Source: an uncultured virus (IMG/VR IMGVR_UViG_2522572172_000008) (lineage: Duplodnaviria; Heunggongvirae; Uroviricota; Caudoviricetes). From it: DNA of 64,000 bases. Where the stretch lies: the IMG/VR virus record IMGVR_UViG_2522572172_000008. One strand, 5' to 3'. Position numbers and translations under genes: made by a program. The notes below the pieces were generated by a model that had not been told where the DNA came from, made no database searches, and saw nothing but the letters and a program-made list of their open reading frames with translations. Below are positions 10,134-19,050 of the stretch, piece after piece. Within the stretch, counting starts at the first letter, position 1. Each line of letters begins with the position of its first letter.

Positions 10134-10820
10134 TTAACCTAATGAAAGGATTTCCTTTGTAACTCTCGCAAATTCTTCTAAATAAATAAAGAAGTCATGC
10201 ATACAAGAATGTTTATCATTGTAAACATATCCGTATAGTTTCTCAGCTTGAGCTTCATTTAGACCGTAATCTTCTTTCAAGATTTGAACACAGTCATTTC
10301 GTAACTTAGCATTTAATCTGCTCTTTTCAGAATTCCATTCCATTTTTCGTTGTTTTACTTGTTCATTTTGTCTCTCTACTTCTTCTCGATTCCATTTTAC
10401 AGATTTTTCTTCATCAAACACATGGTTTTCTGAGAATTTTCTGTGAGATGGATATTCTTGAAGAGGCTCATAGAACTTATTAACAAATGCATTTGAAATT
10501 TCATCAATACAACTATAAGAAATTTCTTTTTCGCTTAGTTTGGTCCAAATAATTTCATGTCCCTTATGACAGAATTCACAATTTATTAACGTTTCTAATG
10601 CACTATCAACTCCACCTTCTTTTGAATTGATTGTACAATCTACTATGCAAATTCCTATTTTTTCTTTTTTCTCATAAGTGAAATTTGCTAAACGACCTTG
10701 AATAAAACCATCTGCATTACAAAACTCGCAATACATCATAGAGTTTACTAAATCATAAGCATCATTCTCTTTTTTTAATCCTTTTACTTTCAATTCTACT
10801 ACAACTTCATGGTTAGCCAT
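10134..10820 (-). CDS. Hypothetical protein with two CEFC motifs
   Basis: CEFC twice; VFDEEKSVKWNREEV. Confidence 0.75.
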   Translation of the reverse strand: MANHEVVVELKVKGLKKENDAYDLVNSMMYCEFCNADGFIQGRLANFTYEKKEKIGICIVDCTINSKEGGVDSALETLINCEFCHKGHEIIWTKLSEKEISYSCIDEISNAFVNKFYEPLQEYPSHRKFSENHVFDEEKSVKWNREEVERQNEQVKQRKMEWNSEKSRLNAKLRNDCVQILKEDYGLNEAQAEKLYGYVYNDKHSCMHDFFIYLEEFARVTKEILSLG

Positions 10821-10852
10821 TTTTAATTCTCTCCCTGTCAAATAAATTAGTT

Positions 10853-10884
10853 AAATACCTGTTTTTTATATTCGAATTATTATA
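10853..10884 (-). promoter_or_regulatory. Motif A promoter
   Basis: aaatacctgtttttt, attata 10879-10884. Confidence 0.7.
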
Positions 10885-10908
10885 CATTCAAAAAATGAAA
10901 TTTATTCC

Positions 10909-11127
10909 CTATTGATTTAATTCTAACTCTTTTCTTTTGAAGTATAAGTCGATGCAACTTTTAATTGCTCCAGTATTTACATAAAATCCGTGATTTAACG
11001 AAACTTCACTTGGAGCATCTGTCACTGTTAAAAACCCTTTTCGATTCATTTCATTTGAAGTGATTTTATGAACGTTACATTCAATCCCTCTGTATACTAA
11101 TCTTTCAACAAACTCTTTGCTTCTCAT
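10909..11127 (-). CDS. Small hypothetical protein
   Basis: AAGGTGG RBS. Confidence 0.65.
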   Translation of the reverse strand: MRSKEFVERLVYRGIECNVHKITSNEMNRKGFLTVTDAPSEVSLNHGFYVNTGAIKSCIDLYFKRKELELNQ

Positions 11128-11157
11128 TTTTATTCCACCTTTTTAATCAATTTATAA

Positions 11158-11172
11158 AAATACCTGTTTTTT
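11158..11172 (-). promoter_or_regulatory. Motif A
   Basis: aaatacctgtttttt. Confidence 0.65.
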
Positions 11173-11272
11173 CATGTTCTCTTTATTTTAGATTTTGATA
11201 ATGGGGTTATTCATTCTTCTAAAATTTCATAAAAATAAATGATGAACCAAAATAAAAAAGAGCATTATGCTC

Positions 11273-12277
11273 TTATTTTTGAAGGGATTGATAAAATCTA
11301 TTAGCTAAATCATATATATCCGATTTTTTACTAATCGTTCGTATCCACTTTTTTGGAATATTGTTTTCTCCGTAGAATATCCCTGCTAAACCACCAGTTA
11401 AAGCTCCGATTGTATCCGTATCCTCTCCTAAATTCACAGCTTTTAATACCGCCTCAGAAAAGGTTTCTGTTGTTAATAAGGACCATAAACAAGCTTCTAA
11501 AGAGTCTACAACATATCCTGTACTTTTTATCTCATGCTCCTGATACGTATAGATATTTCGTTTTATAATTCGTTCAAAGTGCTTTAATTCTTCTTCATAC
11601 CCTTTGTTATTGTAATAAGAAATAATAACTTCTTTCATTCCTGCATATGCCTTTTCTCGTGAATGATATTTTATCAATTGAATAGCAAACTCTACATACA
11701 TACTACAAGCAATCTTTGAACGGATATGAGCATGGGTGATTCCTGATACAGCTTCTATAATCGGGAATTTTTCTGCATCTTTTTTATCTATTAAATAGAA
11801 AACTAAAGGTAATACTCTCATCAACGAACCATTTCCATTATCTTTTTCACCCTTCTCTCCTGCTTCTTCCAAAGCTATCCCTGACTTTATTTTTGAAAGA
11901 GCTTTGAATGTTGTTCTTCCAATGTCAAATGGCAATTTATCATTAACATTCCAATAGCCAAAGTAATACCAATCACACATCTTTTGTTTTATATCGTTCA
12001 AATCATAGCCATGAGTTAGACTTTCTGTTAGGCAAAAAGTGAGGGAACTATCATCTGACCATGTACCTGGTGGTTGATTATGTGTCCCATAACCTGTCAT
12101 TGTCATTATCTTATTCATTTTATCTCTTGGCTGAAACTCAACAGGAACACCCAAAGCATCACCTATACAAAATCCTAATAACCCCGAAAGAGCTACATTT
12201 GATTTTTGTTTATTACGATTCAAATTAAACATTTTTTGTAGAATGGATTGTTTAACTGTATATAATCTATTATTCAT
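11273..12277 (-). CDS. ADP-ribosylglycohydrolase (ARH/DraG family)
   Basis: GDALGVPVEF, GTWSDD, GNGSLMR, ITH, GEDTDT. Confidence 0.92.
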   Translation of the reverse strand: MNNRLYTVKQSILQKMFNLNRNKQKSNVALSGLLGFCIGDALGVPVEFQPRDKMNKIMTMTGYGTHNQPPGTWSDDSSLTFCLTESLTHGYDLNDIKQKMCDWYYFGYWNVNDKLPFDIGRTTFKALSKIKSGIALEEAGEKGEKDNGNGSLMRVLPLVFYLIDKKDAEKFPIIEAVSGITHAHIRSKIACSMYVEFAIQLIKYHSREKAYAGMKEVIISYYNNKGYEEELKHFERIIKRNIYTYQEHEIKSTGYVVDSLEACLWSLLTTETFSEAVLKAVNLGEDTDTIGALTGGLAGIFYGENNIPKKWIRTISKKSDIYDLANRFYQSLQK

Positions 12278-12445
12278 ATCATCACCCCCTTATTATTCTT
12301 CATTGCCATTCTTTATGTTTATATTAATATTTTCTTTTCTTTTTTATGCTCTACATCCGATTGAATGCCATACAAACTCCGTATAATATTTTGATATTAA
12401 AAAACTGGTTCTTATATTAAGAGATATGAAGAGGAGAGATTTATT

Positions 12446-12699
12446 ATGGTGGCAAAAATGTATGAAGTTGACGAAGTAGCAAAATGTGTGAGATAGCTGT
12501 AATAGCTACTACATTTGAGAAATCTGGAAAAATTGATTTTGAAGTTGATGACCTTCATGACTTCTACGAAACAATTGTTGAACCTATTTATACGGAATGG
12601 GCAAATCAGACAGGTTCATTCAAAAATGAAGAAGAAGAAGTTTATATTACAGCCTATGCAAACAGAGTCTTACTTGAACGTTACGGCACAAAGAATTAG
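12446..12699 (+). pseudogene. Small acidic protein, apparently frameshifted near 12481-12484
   Basis: GAGGAG RBS and ATG 12446 stop after 16 codons; -1 frame continues as the 12484-12699 ORF. Confidence 0.45.
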
Positions 12700-12815
12700 G
12701 TAGGTTTGAGAATAGTATAAGAGGAATGGATTGCGTCTATATCTTATCTTTTTACACTTCTAAAATAAAAGGATGTGATATAATTTAGAAAACAATTCCT
12801 TGAGAAGGTGAAATT

Positions 12816-12986
12816 ATGAAAAAGACTGCTGAAGAAATTATGAATTCTATTGATGAAATGGATAATAGTGAACGGATAAAACTATTAGGTAGTCTATTTG
12901 ATAAGTATTTTGACAATAGGCCGCCCAAAGAAGAATTAGAAAAAGAAAAAGAAAAAATGCTTTGGGGAGAAAATGATGAAGAATAA
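12816..12986 (+). CDS. Putative antitoxin, 56 aa (not in ORF track)
   Basis: AAGGTG RBS; MKKTAEEIMNSIDEM...GENDEE; overlaps toxin start. Confidence 0.65.
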   Translation: MKKTAEEIMNSIDEMDNSERIKLLGSLFDKYFDNRPPKEELEKEKEKMLWGENDEE

Positions 12987-13284
12987 ACGTGGCGAGATTT
13001 GGTTTTTAGAATTAAACGGTAAGAAACGACCAGTTGTGATTATCAGTAATGATAACATCGTTGTTGAATTAGACCGTTTAGTTGCTACTGTAACCAGTCA
13101 AGAAGCAAGAAATGAATTTGATGTAGTTCTTGAAAGTTGGGAACAAGCAGGTTTAGATAAACCGTCTGTAGTCAGATGTTCAAAAATAAACACTGTCCAT
13201 TACAAAGAACTATTGTTCAAAATCGGTAAACTACAAGAGCAGGATTTAGAAAGAGTATTAAAGACAATAAGAAGTTATTTTTAG
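12973..13284 (+). CDS. PemK/MazF family toxin
   Basis: RGEIW, KKRPVVIISND, GLDKPSVVRCSKI, KIGKL. Confidence 0.85.
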   Translation: MMKNKRGEIWFLELNGKKRPVVIISNDNIVVELDRLVATVTSQEARNEFDVVLESWEQAGLDKPSVVRCSKINTVHYKELLFKIGKLQEQDLERVLKTIRSYF

Positions 13285-13343
13285 GCTTGGATATTATTTA
13301 TCCAGGTCTTTTTTATTTCATTATAAAAATATTTATTCTCCCA

Positions 13344-13376
13344 TATGATAAGTAGATATTTATAAAACAGGTATTG
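13344..13376 (+). promoter_or_regulatory. Motif A promoter
   Basis: TATGAT 13344-13349, ataaaacaggtattg 13362-13376. Confidence 0.7.
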
Positions 13377-13407
13377 AAAATCAATTATTTACGAGGAGAT
13401 GTAGGAC

Positions 13408-13797
13408 ATGATTACTTATACACAGGATTATAAGGTTATGAAAGAAAAAGTATCTGGAGATATTTTAAAGAACTTAAAGAATATGGAACATAGAATATTG
13501 TATCTAAACAACGATGTACCAATCGCCTATGGTGAAGCAACCTTTGAAGAAGATGGTTCTGTATACATCGAGTATATTCAATGCATAGAAAAAAGAAAAG
13601 GTCATGGCAGAGACATTATCAATCATTTTAAAAATCAGGAAACCATTACTGAAATTTGGGGCGAAGCTATCCCTGATGCTGTACCTTTTTGGCATCGAAT
13701 GGGAGTAAAGTTTGAACAATCAGCATTTAATGAATTCATAGAGGAAGATGAATTAGTTGAAGGATTTTTAATTCCTTTTTCGCTGAAATGTAGTTAA
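13408..13797 (+). CDS. GNAT family acetyltransferase-like protein
   Basis: YIEYIQ..KRKGHG, AVPFWHRMG. Confidence 0.7.
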   Translation: MITYTQDYKVMKEKVSGDILKNLKNMEHRILYLNNDVPIAYGEATFEEDGSVYIEYIQCIEKRKGHGRDIINHFKNQETITEIWGEAIPDAVPFWHRMGVKFEQSAFNEFIEEDELVEGFLIPFSLKCS

Positions 13798-13959
13798 AAA
13801 AGTATTTATAGTTGATATTACATAAAAGAATCGCAGTAGCGGTTCTTTTTTTGTAGAGTAGGTAATCAAATAAATGTTTGAAATCACATCGCTTATGTTA
13901 TAATGTATTTGAGGATTCAATTTGTGAACCTCATAATTTCGAACATACAACGTATACTA

Positions 13960-14096
13960 ATAAAGCGAGAGTGCTCCAACACTCCCGCTCTTGTAACCAA
14001 ATTACTTGTAAAGTGGATTGGTTCATAATTTAATTATTTGTTTCTTTTTTCGAACCATCCTGACTCTTCGACTTGTGCAGGGTGGTTTCTTCTTTA
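13960..14096 (+). ncRNA. Putative type I antitoxin RNA
   Basis: Hairpin gcgagagtgctccaacactcccgc; terminator gaaccatcctg/cagggtggttt inside the opposite-strand ORF; 5' end uncertain. Confidence 0.55.
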
Positions 14097-14191
14097 TCTG
14101 AAGGCTTTTTCAGAATATGTTCAGTAATTGCTCTTGAAACACCACTGGACATACCCTTAATAATAGCTAAGAAGATTTCATCCATATTCAT
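14030..14191 (-). CDS. Putative type I toxin peptide, 53 aa (not in ORF track)
   Basis: AAGGAGGTGA RBS in a hairpin; MNMDEIFLAIIKGMSSGVSRAITEHILKK...; extended -10 at 14264-14272. Confidence 0.65.
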   Translation of the reverse strand: MNMDEIFLAIIKGMSSGVSRAITEHILKKPSDKEETTLHKSKSQDGSKKETNN

Positions 14192-14383
14192 TCACCTCCT
14201 TCCTACTTAAAGTAGAAAAGAGTGAACCAATACCACCCTACAATTCGATTCAGTTACCCTTTAATTATACCATATTTTTCATAAAAAACCCTTATTTCAC
14301 GGGCTTTTTTACATATAAATTTAGTATATTAACCGTTCCTTTTATGAGTTTTTTATTATGATTTTATATATAAAAAACTCAAG

Positions 14384-14608
14384 TTAATCTCTTGTTAGAA
14401 CCTCTCCTACACGAAGAATCCCTAAACTTCCTACAACATCATTTAATTCTTCAATTGATTCGAAGATAATGTTGTTTTCTTTATATACTTCGTACCCCAT
14501 TACTTCATTTACTGCTTTAATAGATGCATGTAATTTTGAGTCAGCTTCTACATCTATAATTTGCCAATCATCATGTTCCAGATAAATAACCACAACATAT
14601 TTATGCAT
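14384..14608 (-). CDS. Small hypothetical protein
   Basis: GGAGGAG RBS. Confidence 0.7.
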   Translation of the reverse strand: MHKYVVVIYLEHDDWQIIDVEADSKLHASIKAVNEVMGYEVYKENNIIFESIEELNDVVGSLGILRVGEVLTRD

Positions 14609-14634
14609 ACGTACTTACTCCTCCATTATTCAAA

Positions 14635-15036
14635 TCATTCTTGTTTTTCTTTCACTTGAAATAGTGCCTTTACTTCTTCAATTGATTTCCCACACATAGG
14701 CTGTTTTGTCTCACTATCTAATAAATAATTAGATGTCATTGCTGGACTATATCCACCTTGTACTACGTGCTGTTCGGTTACACATTTGTTCGCATGATTA
14801 AAATAGACTTTATAATAGTAATCTTTGTAACCATCGCCTCTACGGTCCACTTGATTATATATCAATTCTTCAATAGGTCTCAGACCTTGACTACTCTCTG
14901 TTTTTGTGTCCATCTCTTGCTTGCTAACAGCTTCATTTTCTTTAGGCTTCACTTCTTTTGTATCTTCTGAATTACATCCGAATAAAAGGAACGAGCAACC
15001 TAATAGCAATGCTAATGATTTTGTACTGAGTTTCAT
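14635..15036 (-). CDS. Lipoprotein
   Basis: Lipobox LFGC. Confidence 0.75.
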   Translation of the reverse strand: MKLSTKSLALLLGCSFLLFGCNSEDTKEVKPKENEAVSKQEMDTKTESSQGLRPIEELIYNQVDRRGDGYKDYYYKVYFNHANKCVTEQHVVQGGYSPAMTSNYLLDSETKQPMCGKSIEEVKALFQVKEKQE

Positions 15037-15050
15037 ACAATTTCTCCTCT

Positions 15051-15377
15051 CTAACGCCAATGTGTAAAAACAATTAATGTGGGCTCTATATCCATATCAA
15101 AATGTTCTTTCACATGCTCTTTAATTTGTCTTTTTTCTTCTACATACAATGATTCATCATATTCAAACAACGATAGTCCTCTAAATCCTTCTGGGTCATA
15201 AGCTAATACCTTACCAATGACAAAGTATTTACCTGTATTCCCATCACTTATGTATCTTAGTTGAGATGGATGAGTTCCTTCTCTATATGGCTCATGCTTT
15301 TCCCAATCATCTTCATTTTCTTTCTCATATCCAATATTTGCTCCAATCATAATATAATGTGATTGCACTGAACTCAT
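15051..15377 (-). CDS. Hypothetical protein
   Basis: Operon member with RBS. Confidence 0.7.
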   Translation of the reverse strand: MSSVQSHYIMIGANIGYEKENEDDWEKHEPYREGTHPSQLRYISDGNTGKYFVIGKVLAYDPEGFRGLSLFEYDESLYVEEKRQIKEHVKEHFDMDIEPTLIVFTHWR

Positions 15378-15392
15378 TATGAACCCCTCCAT

Positions 15393-15689
15393 TTATATTC
15401 CGTTAACTTTTAATTCTCTTTCTAATTCCTCTATTTTCCCTGCTAATAAACATTCACGAATTACAAACCATACAGCTATCCCAAACAGTAATCCATGCAC
15501 AACTACATAAAAAAAGAATCCTTTGATAGTTGAAATGTCTACCCAATTTGGGAAGTTTCTCCCCAAAACAATCTTAAAGAAAGAGAAATAAACTGCCCAC
15601 CCTACATATGAAAGAAATATATATATTTCATTTATTCCTCTCTCTGCTTCTATTTGTTTCATTTCTGCTTCAATCGAGTTTTTCTTCAT
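15393..15689 (-). CDS. Small 2-TM membrane protein
   Basis: Two hydrophobic segments. Confidence 0.65.
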   Translation of the reverse strand: MKKNSIEAEMKQIEAERGINEIYIFLSYVGWAVYFSFFKIVLGRNFPNWVDISTIKGFFFYVVVHGLLFGIAVWFVIRECLLAGKIEELERELKVNGI

Positions 15690-15973
15690 TATTTTCTTCT
15701 CCCTTCCCCTTCTTCTTCCAGGCGTTTTCTCAGTCGATTCCCTAATCTTCTACATGAGAAGGTGTTTTCATTAATACTACTTTCATATTCTTTAAATCTA
15801 TCTATTTGTTTAACGAATTCTCTATTTGCCAAAACGTTGTATTCACTAACCATACCTTTATAGCAAATTTCATATAGTTGTAATTGTTGATTTATCCATC
15901 TTTCAGCTTTCCTTCTGTTTGAAACGAATTGCAAACAAAAATGGTCATCAATCCCTAAAAAATATACATACAT
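15689..15973 (-). CDS. Hypothetical protein
   Basis: Translational coupling to next ORF. Confidence 0.6.
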   Translation of the reverse strand: MYVYFLGIDDHFCLQFVSNRRKAERWINQQLQLYEICYKGMVSEYNVLANREFVKQIDRFKEYESSINENTFSCRRLGNRLRKRLEEEGEGRRK

Positions 15974-16022
15974 GCCTCATTCATCCTTCATCCATTAAAA
16001 GTTATGAAGATAACCTTAGTTC

Positions 16023-16646
16023 TTAAAGCCATTTACAATCATGATGTTGTAAAATCCTAAAGAATTCTTTCTCAGTTAATTTTGCATAAATTGTAATGTC
16101 ATTATCCTTTGGTTCTTCTTTCCATAATCTTTCGTCTTCTGTTCGCATTTCAAACTCTTTTAGACTGGACATACGGATTAGTAAAAGAGTTAATAATTCA
16201 TACTCATGATGTGCTTTTACATGAATCTTTGCTTGTTTTAAAACATTTTCATCAAAAATCTCTTCTTTCAAGTAAATACTATCGATAATGAGAGAATTCC
16301 ATTCCGTAGTGTGTAATATGCGTTCCATTCCTAATGAATCATATGCAGGGAAACAACATCTCTGGTTCCAATCTAACCAATGAATCCAAAAACTTGAGTC
16401 TTTATAGATTACAAGACCTCTCGCAAACGGAAACTTCAAAATGTCTCCTTCTGTTATGAAAGAACCTTTCTCATCTTTTTGTTCAGAAACATGGAGCAAT
16501 TTTGCATAAGGAACCTCTATTGATTCAAAGACGCTCATAGCTTTATATATTTTTCCATCTAATCCTATTTGATAAGGTATTTCTTTTTTTAAAAAATCCT
16601 GGCAGTCATATAATTTATTAGTATTTTCGTCAAAAATCTTAAACAT
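16023..16646 (-). CDS. YopX-like protein
   Basis: FKIFD N-terminus, KDEKGSFITEGDIL. Confidence 0.6.
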   Translation of the reverse strand: MFKIFDENTNKLYDCQDFLKKEIPYQIGLDGKIYKAMSVFESIEVPYAKLLHVSEQKDEKGSFITEGDILKFPFARGLVIYKDSSFWIHWLDWNQRCCFPAYDSLGMERILHTTEWNSLIIDSIYLKEEIFDENVLKQAKIHVKAHHEYELLTLLLIRMSSLKEFEMRTEDERLWKEEPKDNDITIYAKLTEKEFFRILQHHDCKWL

Positions 16647-16703
16647 TTCATCACTCTCCCCTTCATAAGGTATCTATTTTTATTATAACAATAATAAATT
16701 ACA

Positions 16704-16717
16704 TTGACTATAGTGAA
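16704..16717. promoter_or_regulatory. Motif B
   Basis: ttgactatagtgaa. Confidence 0.6.
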
Positions 16718-16994
16718 TAAAAAAAGACATTCATTTCATCATAATCGAAACGAATGTCTTTTTCATCTTATTGTGGTAATAGAACTAAGCCAATGTTTTC
16801 ATCATCAATTGGGTTTTTACTGATGGCGAATCCATGTTTTTCTGTTAATTCTATTACTTTTTGAATATCTCCTTTTACAGAAAGATAAACCTTTTTAATT
16901 AATTTTCCTTCTTTATCAAATGATTCTGGGTAATTTTTGTTGTATAAAAGGAATGAAGTAAAAAAGACCTCTCATATATGAGAAGTCCTTTTTA

Positions 16995-17165
16995 TTACTT
17001 TCTAATCTCTAATTGTTCTTCATAGTATCTATTTGTTTCACCATCTTCAAACTCAACCTCAATTGGATAGTCTTCATTGTTAAAAGTATTAACAACTTCT
17101 CCATCAAAATTTTTCCAAAATCCAACTAATGGCATTACTTTCATACCTTTTTGAATTAAACTCAC
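16995..17165 (-). CDS. Small beta-rich protein, 56 aa (not in ORF track)
   Basis: AAGGAG RBS, GTG start, MSLIQKGMKV...YPIEVEFEDG. Confidence 0.6.
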   Translation of the reverse strand: MSLIQKGMKVMPLVGFWKNFDGEVVNTFNNEDYPIEVEFEDGETNRYYEEQLEIRK

Positions 17166-17200
17166 TGAAAATCATCTCCTTGTATCACATTTATCACTAA

Positions 17201-17506
17201 TTATTTCGGGTCAAAAATAACACAAGAAGAATAATTCCCTAAAATTCGGGCCACATATTCATCGCCATCAATTACAACTGTTTCTCCATTTTTAATTGGA
17301 GTGTATTCTCTCATGCTTTTATTATGTAACTTATCATCTTCACTATAATTTGCTTTCATAACAGTAGCATGTTGCATTCCCCATAATACACCATCATCTT
17401 CTGTTTTGTATCCTCTACGAAGACTTACGTCCGAAGTAACGCCTTCAACCTTGAATTTATTTTCGTTTTTTATAAATGAAGTTTCTGAAACAACTAATGT
17501 TCTCAT
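17201..17506 (-). CDS. Hypothetical protein
   Basis: AAGGAG RBS. Confidence 0.75.
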   Translation of the reverse strand: MRTLVVSETSFIKNENKFKVEGVTSDVSLRRGYKTEDDGVLWGMQHATVMKANYSEDDKLHNKSMREYTPIKNGETVVIDGDEYVARILGNYSSCVIFDPK

Positions 17507-17545
17507 ATAAAAATCTCCTTTTTAATTAATTTATTTTATATCCAT

Positions 17546-17761
17546 TTATGCAGTCTTACTTCTTTTTTCGATTACACTCAATAATCCTTTAATATCTTTA
17601 TCATAACCTTCCCCTAAACAATTTTCTAATTCTTTCTTGAAATACTTTGAAAAGAAGGGATGAGTTAAAATATTCTCTTCGGTTACTTTACCTGAGTAAC
17701 CGAAAATTTCCAAGTTCCTCACGCCATTTTTAATCATTTTTCGTTGTACATCTGTAAACAT
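17546..17761 (-). CDS. Small hypothetical protein
   Basis: AAGGAG RBS; degenerate motif A at 17793-17806. Confidence 0.7.
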   Translation of the reverse strand: MFTDVQRKMIKNGVRNLEIFGYSGKVTEENILTHPFFSKYFKKELENCLGEGYDKDIKGLLSVIEKRSKTA

Positions 17762-17954
17762 TTCAAAATCTCCTTTTTAATCAATAATCTTTTATACCTT
17801 ATTTATATCGAAATCTATTTATTATATAAAAAAAGACGCTACTTTATAGCATCCTATTATTTTGTATTTTGTTTTGTTATGTACATATTTTTTTAAATCC
17901 TGCATATAAAATATAACATAAAATTATATTATTTTGAAAAGATAATAGTTAATT

Positions 17955-18236
17955 TTATCTGTAACCTCTATATCTGCCATCTTTCCTTAAATTCTCAATC
18001 ATTTCTTCTTTTGTGGTCGCTTTTTTCTTTTGTATACCTACTTTAGTACAATCCTCAATGAAATCCATATAAAGTTCTATTCCTTTAGCACTTAGATGGT
18101 TTATTAGATTGTTATGTAAAAATTCTATTTCACTCTGGTCATACTCGGAAAATCCCCCTTCTTCAGCTAAGAATGATTCCACTTCTACTTCGTAAAGCAT
18201 TCTTTTCAAGATATCTATTTTATCAGCCTTTTTCAT
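17955..18236 (-). CDS. Hypothetical protein
   Basis: RBS, operon member. Confidence 0.7.
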   Translation of the reverse strand: MKKADKIDILKRMLYEVEVESFLAEEGGFSEYDQSEIEFLHNNLINHLSAKGIELYMDFIEDCTKVGIQKKKATTKEEMIENLRKDGRYRGYR

Positions 18237-18265
18237 TATTATTCCCACCCTCTTTTTTATTTAAA

Positions 18266-18460
18266 TTAATTAACTATCCCCGCTTCCAAATGCTTTAAAA
18301 ATTCTCGTTTTAATGCATCTGTTCGTTCACGCTCTTTATTAAAATCCACTTTATTACCAAAGTCTAACATTACTTGGATTTTATCGGAACTCCCTCTATC
18401 AACTACTTCTTCAAACATTTTGTACAGTTTTCGTTGAACAGATTTACTTATTTTCTTCAT
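18266..18460 (-). CDS. Small hypothetical protein
   Basis: AGGAG RBS. Confidence 0.65.
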   Translation of the reverse strand: MKKISKSVQRKLYKMFEEVVDRGSSDKIQVMLDFGNKVDFNKERERTDALKREFLKHLEAGIVN

Positions 18461-18731
18461 TGCTTTCACTCCTATTTATATTCAATACCAATTCACCATC
18501 TGTTTCAGCTATCCATCCTATTTTTTGACTAATTGCAAGAATACACATCTTAATACCTTCTGTTATTTTTACAGATTTATTTTCTCGTTCCCATTTTTCA
18601 TAGAATAAATAAAATAAATCTTTTGTAGTTTGTTTTCTTAAATCTATTTTTTCGAATTTATAATGTATATGTAATTGAAATAGGAGATTTTCTCTTAATT
18701 CAGATTCCCAATCTATCGTAGCATCATTCAT
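18444..18731 (-). CDS. Hypothetical protein
   Basis: AAGGGGG RBS. Confidence 0.65.
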   Translation of the reverse strand: MNDATIDWESELRENLLFQLHIHYKFEKIDLRKQTTKDLFYLFYEKWERENKSVKITEGIKMCILAISQKIGWIAETDGELVLNINRSESNEENK

Positions 18732-18834
18732 TATTCCATCCCCCTTAAATATCATTTTTATTGACTATATATAATGAATTATATAGAATTTCAATTATAA
18801 AGTCTACAGAATAATTTTAAAGAAGGTGACGTAA

Positions 18835-18999
18835 ATGGAGAGCATAGAAGAAATGGAAAAACGGATTACAAACATGTTTAACAACATGACAGATGAAGAG
18901 TTTGATAAAGAGTTAACTGAAGCAGGATTCGAGGTTATTAAAGGGGGAAACGGAGAGATTATTTTTACAGATGAAGTAGAAAGAATGAAAACCGCATAA
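18835..18999 (+). CDS. Small acidic protein, 54 aa (not in ORF track)
   Basis: AAGGTG RBS; MESIEEMEKRITNMFNNMTDEEF...; terminator follows. Confidence 0.65.
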   Translation: MESIEEMEKRITNMFNNMTDEEFDKELTEAGFEVIKGGNGEIIFTDEVERMKTA

Positions 19000-19050
19000 G
19001 AATAAATACAAAAAGCCATCATTAAGACGGCTTTCTCTTTGCTTTATGTA

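Noticed and set aside
16768..16970. Open minus-strand frame (...GFAISKNPIDDENIGLVLLPQ*)
   Set aside because: No upstream start codon or RBS; at most a gene remnant.
18804..19022. 72-aa minus-strand ORF
   Set aside because: Shadow of the + strand 18835-18999 ORF, which has an RBS.
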